Source: Verrucomicrobiota bacterium (GTDB lineage: Bacteria; Verrucomicrobiota; Verrucomicrobiia; Limisphaerales; Palsa-1400). From it: a DNA stretch of 64,000 bases. The stretch is from the NCBI GenBank assembly GCA_049510745.1, contig JBEKYR010000001.1:96001-160000 (forward strand). Reading direction: 5' to 3'. A program made the translations under genes and the position numbers. This document shows, one piece after another, positions 59,202 through 64,000 of the stretch (positions are counted from its first letter, which is position 1; each line of letters starts with the position of its first letter). The notes under the pieces are model-generated. The model searched no databases, was not told where the DNA came from, and saw nothing but the letters and a program-made list of their open reading frames with translations.

Positions 59202-59630
59202 TCATTCGGCGAACCGGGCCAGTTCGCGCCAGTTCCCGCGCAATCGATCCAGCAAGCGCGCGTCGGCGGCGGGGAATTCGTAGTTGAAAAGGTCCGCCGC
59301 GGTGACCCATGCCAGGTCCTGGCCCGCGGGCGTTTGTGGCTCGTGCCGCAGCCAGCGGCAACGGAAGAAGCGCAGATGCACCGAGCGGTCGGGATACTCA
59401 TGGGTGAGCGCTTCCACCAGATCGTGGACTTGCACCTCGATGCCCAATTCCTCGGCCAGTTCGCGCCGCAAACATTGCTCGTAGGATTCGCCGGGTTCGC
59501 GCTTGCCGCCGGGGAATTCCCACAAACCGCCCAGGTGCGCCCGGGGCGGACGGCGGGCAATGAGCAATTTTCCATCGCGGAAGACCAGAGCCGCCGCCAC
59601 TTCGATCGTGCTCCCGCCCGCGCCGGTCAC
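59202..59630 (-). CDS. mutT: Nudix hydrolase, MutT/NudG-like
   Basis: WEFPGGKREPGESYEQCLRRELAEELG, FPAAD. Confidence 0.85.
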   Translation of the reverse strand: MTGAGGSTIEVAAALVFRDGKLLIARRPPRAHLGGLWEFPGGKREPGESYEQCLRRELAEELGIEVQVHDLVEALTHEYPDRSVHLRFFRCRWLRHEPQTPAGQDLAWVTAADLFNYEFPAADARLLDRLRGNWRELARFAE

Positions 59631-60925
59631 GCCTTCCCCCGACCGATGCTCTTGTAGAGGAAGCCCAGACGCTCCATTTCCTCGAAGTCAAATAGATTTC
59701 GGCCGTCGAAGATAATGGGGTGGGTCAGGCCCTTTCTGGCCCGCTCCAGGTCCAGGCGCTTGAACTGGGGCCACTCGGTGGCGATGACCAGGGCGTCGCA
59801 GCCTTCCGCCACATCATCCATGTCCGCCACGTACTGCGCGTCCGGGAGCACGGGTTTGGCCTTTTCCATGGCCTGGGGATCATGGACGCGCAGGCGCGCC
59901 CCCTCTTTGAGCAGGCGCTGGCACAGTTCGATGGCGGGGGACATCCGCACGTCGTCCGTGTTCTGCTTGAAGGCCAGACCGAGGACGCCGATGGTCTTGC
60001 CCTTGAGGACCCAGAGGGTGTCGGAAATTTTCTTGACAAAGCGGTTCATCTGCTCGGCGTTGATGCGCTGCACCTCCTCCAGCAGGCCGAAGCGGCAGCC
60101 CAGCGCCTCGGAAATGCGGATGAAGGCGCTCAAGTCCTTGGGGAAGCAACTCCCGCCAAAGCCGAGCGAGGCGTCCAAAAACTTGCGGCCGATGCGGGCG
60201 TCCATCCCCATGCCGTTGGCCACCTCTTGGACGTTGGCGCCCGATTTTTCGCACAGGACGGAAATGGCGTTGATGTAGGAGATTTTCAGGGCCAGGAACG
60301 AGTTGGCGGCGTGCTTGATCAGCTCCGCCGAATTGATGTCGGTGACGATGACGGGGGCCTGGTAGGGGGCGTAAACCTCCTTCATCGCCGCCACCGGACG
60401 CGGCGACAAGACCCCGATGACGACGCGGTCCGGCTTCATGAAATCCTCGACGGCAAAGCCCTCGCGCAAGAACTCCGGGTTGCTCACGACGTCAAACTCC
60501 ACCTGGGCCTTGCGATAGCGTTTGATGGTCTCGGCCACCTTTTCCCCCGTCTTGACCGGGACGGTGCTTTTGTCAACTATAATCTTGTAGGCCGTCATGG
60601 CGCCGGCAATCTCGCGCGAGACGCCTTCGATGAAACTCAAATCCACCGAGCCGTCCGGCTGCGGGGGCGTGGGCACGGCGATGAAGACCACGTCGGACTG
60701 ATCGACCCCTTCCCGGGTGCTGGCGGTAAAACGCAAGCGGCCGGCGGCGGTGTTCTTTTTCACCAATTCGGGCAGGCCCGGTTCGTAAATGGGCATGCCG
60801 CCCGCCTGGAGGAGCTTGACCTTTTCGACGTCCTTGTCCACGCAGATGACATGATGGCCGGCCTCGGCGAAACAAGTGCCTGTGACCAGCCCCACATAGC
60901 CGGTTCCAATAATGGTCAGGTTCAT
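59627..60925 (-). CDS. ugd: UDP-glucose 6-dehydrogenase
   Basis: IIGTGYVGL, KSTVPV, SNPEFLREG, GFGGSCFPKD, LAFKQNTDDVR, DGRN. Confidence 0.95.
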   Translation of the reverse strand: MNLTIIGTGYVGLVTGTCFAEAGHHVICVDKDVEKVKLLQAGGMPIYEPGLPELVKKNTAAGRLRFTASTREGVDQSDVVFIAVPTPPQPDGSVDLSFIEGVSREIAGAMTAYKIIVDKSTVPVKTGEKVAETIKRYRKAQVEFDVVSNPEFLREGFAVEDFMKPDRVVIGVLSPRPVAAMKEVYAPYQAPVIVTDINSAELIKHAANSFLALKISYINAISVLCEKSGANVQEVANGMGMDARIGRKFLDASLGFGGSCFPKDLSAFIRISEALGCRFGLLEEVQRINAEQMNRFVKKISDTLWVLKGKTIGVLGLAFKQNTDDVRMSPAIELCQRLLKEGARLRVHDPQAMEKAKPVLPDAQYVADMDDVAEGCDALVIATEWPQFKRLDLERARKGLTHPIIFDGRNLFDFEEMERLGFLYKSIGRGKA

Positions 60926-61800
60926 CGAGGCGCGGAATTGGACGAGACAGGCGGAATGGTCAGGAGATTGATGCCGGAATTGGGGGTGGCCGGGTTTGGC
61001 TTGGGCTGGGCAGGGGCAGGCCCCTTGGAAGCGGAGGCGGCGGGCGGCAAGGGCACCTTGACGGTGGGCTGGGAGAGGGAGAAAGGGGCCGGAGCGGGAG
61101 CGGCCTCCGCCTTGCGCAATTCGGGATGTTTGGCGACCAGAAGCTGGCCGCGCTCGCGGGCTTCGGCGGCCCAAGGGTCGTAGGGGTTTTGAATGCGGGC
61201 CAGCTCGGAGTAGAAGGTCAGGGCCTGCTGCGGTTTGTTTTCCTCCTCAAAAAGGCGGGCGAGAGTCAATTTGGCCGGGGTCACGATGTTCAGATCGGAA
61301 GGAAAAGCCGAAATGAGTTCCTGGTATTTTTGAATGGCCTCGGAATTCCTGCCCTGCGCCTCGACGGAGGCCGCCACGCCCATTCTGGCTTGGGCAATCA
61401 GGGCGCTGTCGGGATGGTCGCTGAGGAACTTGGAGAACTGCTCCTGAGCCTCCGGGTATCTGCCCTCCGTGAACAAGGTTTCGGCCCCGAACAATTCGGC
61501 GTATTCGCCGGCGGGGGTATTGGGATACTGGCGGGCCAGATCGAGCAAAGGCCCCGGGGAAACCGGCGCGGAGCGCGCGGCCATCCCGACCGGGGTCGGG
61601 ACGGCAAAAAGCTGGGCATTGGCGCTGGCCTCATCGGCGGCCTTTTTCCAGGAAACCAGGCCCCACGCCAGGGCGATGACGGCGACAACGATGGCCCCGA
61701 TGATAACTCGCTTGCGGTTGGCGTGGACCCAGGCCACCAGTCTGAAAAACACATCCGCCGACTGCGCCGACGGCGTTGACTGCGTTGTTTGAACATCCAT
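60922..61800 (-). CDS. Membrane-anchored tetratricopeptide repeat protein (YfgM-like)
   Basis: N-terminal TM, TPR-like helices (YPNTPAG..., GRYPEAQEQF, ARMGVAASVE), Pro-rich tail. Start chosen at MDVQTT. Confidence 0.8.
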   Translation of the reverse strand: MDVQTTQSTPSAQSADVFFRLVAWVHANRKRVIIGAIVVAVIALAWGLVSWKKAADEASANAQLFAVPTPVGMAARSAPVSPGPLLDLARQYPNTPAGEYAELFGAETLFTEGRYPEAQEQFSKFLSDHPDSALIAQARMGVAASVEAQGRNSEAIQKYQELISAFPSDLNIVTPAKLTLARLFEEENKPQQALTFYSELARIQNPYDPWAAEARERGQLLVAKHPELRKAEAAPAPAPFSLSQPTVKVPLPPAASASKGPAPAQPKPNPATPNSGINLLTIPPVSSNSAPR

Positions 61801-61923
61801 ATAAAGGGCGGGCATTGTCATCGGAACCCCGGAAAACGCAAGCTTAAATCGCATGCAATTCAAAGCGGCATCCAAAGATTCGAGGGCTTCTGGTTTCGCG
61901 CAAAATCCGGAATATGTTTCAGA

Positions 61924-63177
61924 TTACGCGCGCGGATCGGCCAGGCGACCCACGAAAAGCAGGCTGCCGGAGCGGGTGTCGCGGATCAGGAAGAGAAAGG
62001 GATGGTCGGCGCGAAAAACCGGCGGTGGCGGAGGAGGGGGTGGCTTCGCAACAGACTCCGTGCTTCTTGTCATAACAACGGCGGTGGCGGCGGCGGATTC
62101 CGTGCCTCCTTCGGTGACCTCGACCCAAGCTTTGTGAAACACGCCGGAAATGAAGAGGTCATTGGCCCCATTGAGGCCGGAAAAATCGGCTTTCCGCCAG
62201 ATGAAGGCATCGGGCATGCCCATTTTTGCCAGGGTGTCGTTTAGCTTAAAGTCGGATTCCAGTTTGAACTTGGGCAGGAAGATTTCGACTTCCTGGATTG
62301 GCATTTGTGCGTCCAAGCGGGCAAGGAACGTGGGACTGAGTTGCTTTTCCAGTTGGCCAAGAGCATCAATCTGGCGCGGCAGCAAAATCATCATGGACAG
62401 TTCATAGCCATCGTAGGGCAATTCCACGGCTTGGAAGTCGTCGTTCCCGGTGTAACTGACGTCACCGACACGGTGCATGAGGAGCGCATCGGCATGGCTG
62501 CTCGCGGAAAGGTGGAATGGCTGGATGGAGGTGGCGGCCTTCTCAAAGGGGCTACCCCATAGGCCCTTGAAATAGATGGCGTTCGCCAGAACAAGAGCGG
62601 TTGCGCTGTCCACGCTGCCGGGCGGAAGGATGTCCTGGATTTTGTCCCTGGTCTTCTGCGCGACCCAACGGTTGATTTCGCGGCGGACGGCATCGGCGTC
62701 CGTCTGGAAGTCCGCTTGCTTGACGCTGGCCTGATAATCGTCTTTGGCGATTTTCAGGAAGGCCGGAAGGAAGGGTTCTCCTTGTTGGGCCCACAACGCG
62801 TTGGCGATGTCCAGTTGGATGCCCTTCTGTTTTTGCGCGTCGTTCAATTGGCGTTGCAGTTCGCCAAAAGAGGAATGAAGCCGCGCCTCGCCTTTGCTGA
62901 AGTGTAAAACCCGGCTCATTTGCGTTTCCGTCTCGCCGCGCGCTCCGGCATAAGTCATGGCCAGGGCGGTGGAAATGCTGTACGGGGAGAAAAAGAGGTT
63001 GCCCGGCGCGCCGCTGAGACGGGCGTAGAGATCGAGGGCAAAGGCGGTGTTGCCCTCGACCAGCGATTTGGTCTGGGCCGTTTGGGCACCGGCCGCCAGT
63101 CCGATGCCGAATGAAATCAAGAGACTGGTGAGAAAGCGCGGGCGGCGGTTCGTGTGCAGCGAATTGTTAGCCTTCAT
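61924..63177 (-). CDS. Serpin (serine protease inhibitor family), secreted
   Basis: NLFFSPYSISTALAMTYAGARGET, LVLANAIYFKG, LPKFKLE, hinge EGGTESAAAT, FRADHPFLFLIRD. Confidence 0.95.
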   Translation of the reverse strand: MKANNSLHTNRRPRFLTSLLISFGIGLAAGAQTAQTKSLVEGNTAFALDLYARLSGAPGNLFFSPYSISTALAMTYAGARGETETQMSRVLHFSKGEARLHSSFGELQRQLNDAQKQKGIQLDIANALWAQQGEPFLPAFLKIAKDDYQASVKQADFQTDADAVRREINRWVAQKTRDKIQDILPPGSVDSATALVLANAIYFKGLWGSPFEKAATSIQPFHLSASSHADALLMHRVGDVSYTGNDDFQAVELPYDGYELSMMILLPRQIDALGQLEKQLSPTFLARLDAQMPIQEVEIFLPKFKLESDFKLNDTLAKMGMPDAFIWRKADFSGLNGANDLFISGVFHKAWVEVTEGGTESAAATAVVMTRSTESVAKPPPPPPPPVFRADHPFLFLIRDTRSGSLLFVGRLADPRA

Positions 63178-63662
63178 GTCAGGTTCTTTGTTTTTCTCGC
63201 CTTCCAGTCCTCCAAGACTATGAATCCCGAAATCGAACCGCGAACCGGACCACCAGTCAACGCCACCTGAGACTCGAATCGAATTGGAAAGACGCGGCTG
63301 GCATCTCGACCAAGTGATCGATAGTGCTGAGCCAATTGCTCGACTGACGGAGAAATGACACCGCACCAAAAACCAACCTGCCTGTCTGCGGTGATGATGA
63401 CGGGTTGTATTGTGCCGAGACTGTCATCGCCCTTGGCGGGTGGAGCAAGATAACCATGCATCTTCGAGCCATCAGCCAGTGTGAATGAGGCGCACACGAT
63501 AAACATGCCTTCCGAAGGGTCGAGTGAGCCGGATACCTTATACGGGCGGACGGTCGTCTCGTCCTGCCCGACCTCGCCCTCCTCATCCAATGCGAACTCC
63601 CACACCGGAAACCTGCTTAGGTCCTCTACCGTCAACTCATTCACTTGCTTTCGGATTTTCAT
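63174..63662 (-). CDS. Hypothetical protein
   Basis: 162-aa ORF with an ATGA overlap to the serpin start and plausible globular composition. Confidence 0.7.
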   Translation of the reverse strand: MKIRKQVNELTVEDLSRFPVWEFALDEEGEVGQDETTVRPYKVSGSLDPSEGMFIVCASFTLADGSKMHGYLAPPAKGDDSLGTIQPVIITADRQVGFWCGVISPSVEQLAQHYRSLGRDASRVFPIRFESQVALTGGPVRGSISGFIVLEDWKARKTKNLT

Positions 63663-63714
63663 GGCGGCGTAAATCTATCACCGCCAGTTCGTTCATTAAA
63701 CAAAATCAATGGTT

Positions 63715-64000
63715 TTATGCGTGTTCCGTCCGTGCTGCGCGCAGGCCGGGGCCGAAAATCCCGAAGACGGCCAATGCTCCCGCCAGTATCAGCAGGCGCA
63801 GCGTCAGCGATGCCGTCCGCGCCACGGTCGCCTGCAAATTGACTTTCAAATCGGCCCACGGCTCGACGGCCACGGCGCGTTTGAAGGTCAGCACCCGGCC
63901 TTGTTCGGGGATGCTGGCGCGGATGCCCGCCGGGTTGCTCACGGCCGCGTCCTGCTGCTGGATGAGCTTCTCCGCCAGGCGCATGAAGGCGGCGTTTTCC
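63715..64000 (-). CDS. C-terminal end of a membrane-anchored hypothetical protein (partial)
   Basis: Frame open to the window edge, with a C-terminal TM (LLILAGALAVFGIFG). Confidence 0.65.
   Translation of the reverse strand, partial: ENAAFMRLAEKLIQQQDAAVSNPAGIRASIPEQGRVLTFKRAVAVEPWADLKVNLQATVARTASLTLRLLILAGALAVFGIFGPGLRAARTEHA

Noticed and set aside
61924..63369. Extended N-termini in the ORF track (serpin 481 aa; also pabC, dacB, GH20, ugd, ABC ATPase)
   Set aside because: The extensions overlap neighbouring genes. Downstream ATGs give signal peptides or ATGA coupling.

Overview
GC-rich chromosomal segment, most likely from a Verrucomicrobium of the Pedosphaera-like/PVC type. This is inferred from the PV-type microcompartment locus, PQQ-like beta-propellers and secreted proteins ending in an F(Y/F)R motif. 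Housekeeping genes include rnr, accD, comF, a LOG-family protein, an M16 peptidase, pabB/pabC, a GH20 hexosaminidase, dacB, gltBD, a GT9, a MutT-like Nudix protein and ugd. There are two compact multi-gene systems. (i) A complete PV-type bacterial microcompartment operon at 35.3-43.4 kb, which is a known system type. (ii) A tightly coupled 7-gene operon at 49.6-59.2 kb in which three HflK/HflC-type SPFH proteins and an atypical P1B-type ATPase are nested inside an ABC transporter, with no ftsH in the window. This is the best candidate for an uncharacterised system. Accessory spacers hold a stand-alone SNF2 helicase, an AAA_21-like ATPase at the left edge that the ORF track missed, one intact toxin-antitoxin pair and two pairs with truncated toxins, a reprolysin and a serpin. 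They also hold non-coding repeats: 10-bp-period arrays, CTGACCC-ended elements bracketing foreign-looking genes, a twice-repeated promoter-hairpin-boxA-like module and REP-like double hairpins. No rRNA, tRNA, CRISPR array or transposase was recognised. All calls come from motif reading only, with no database searches.
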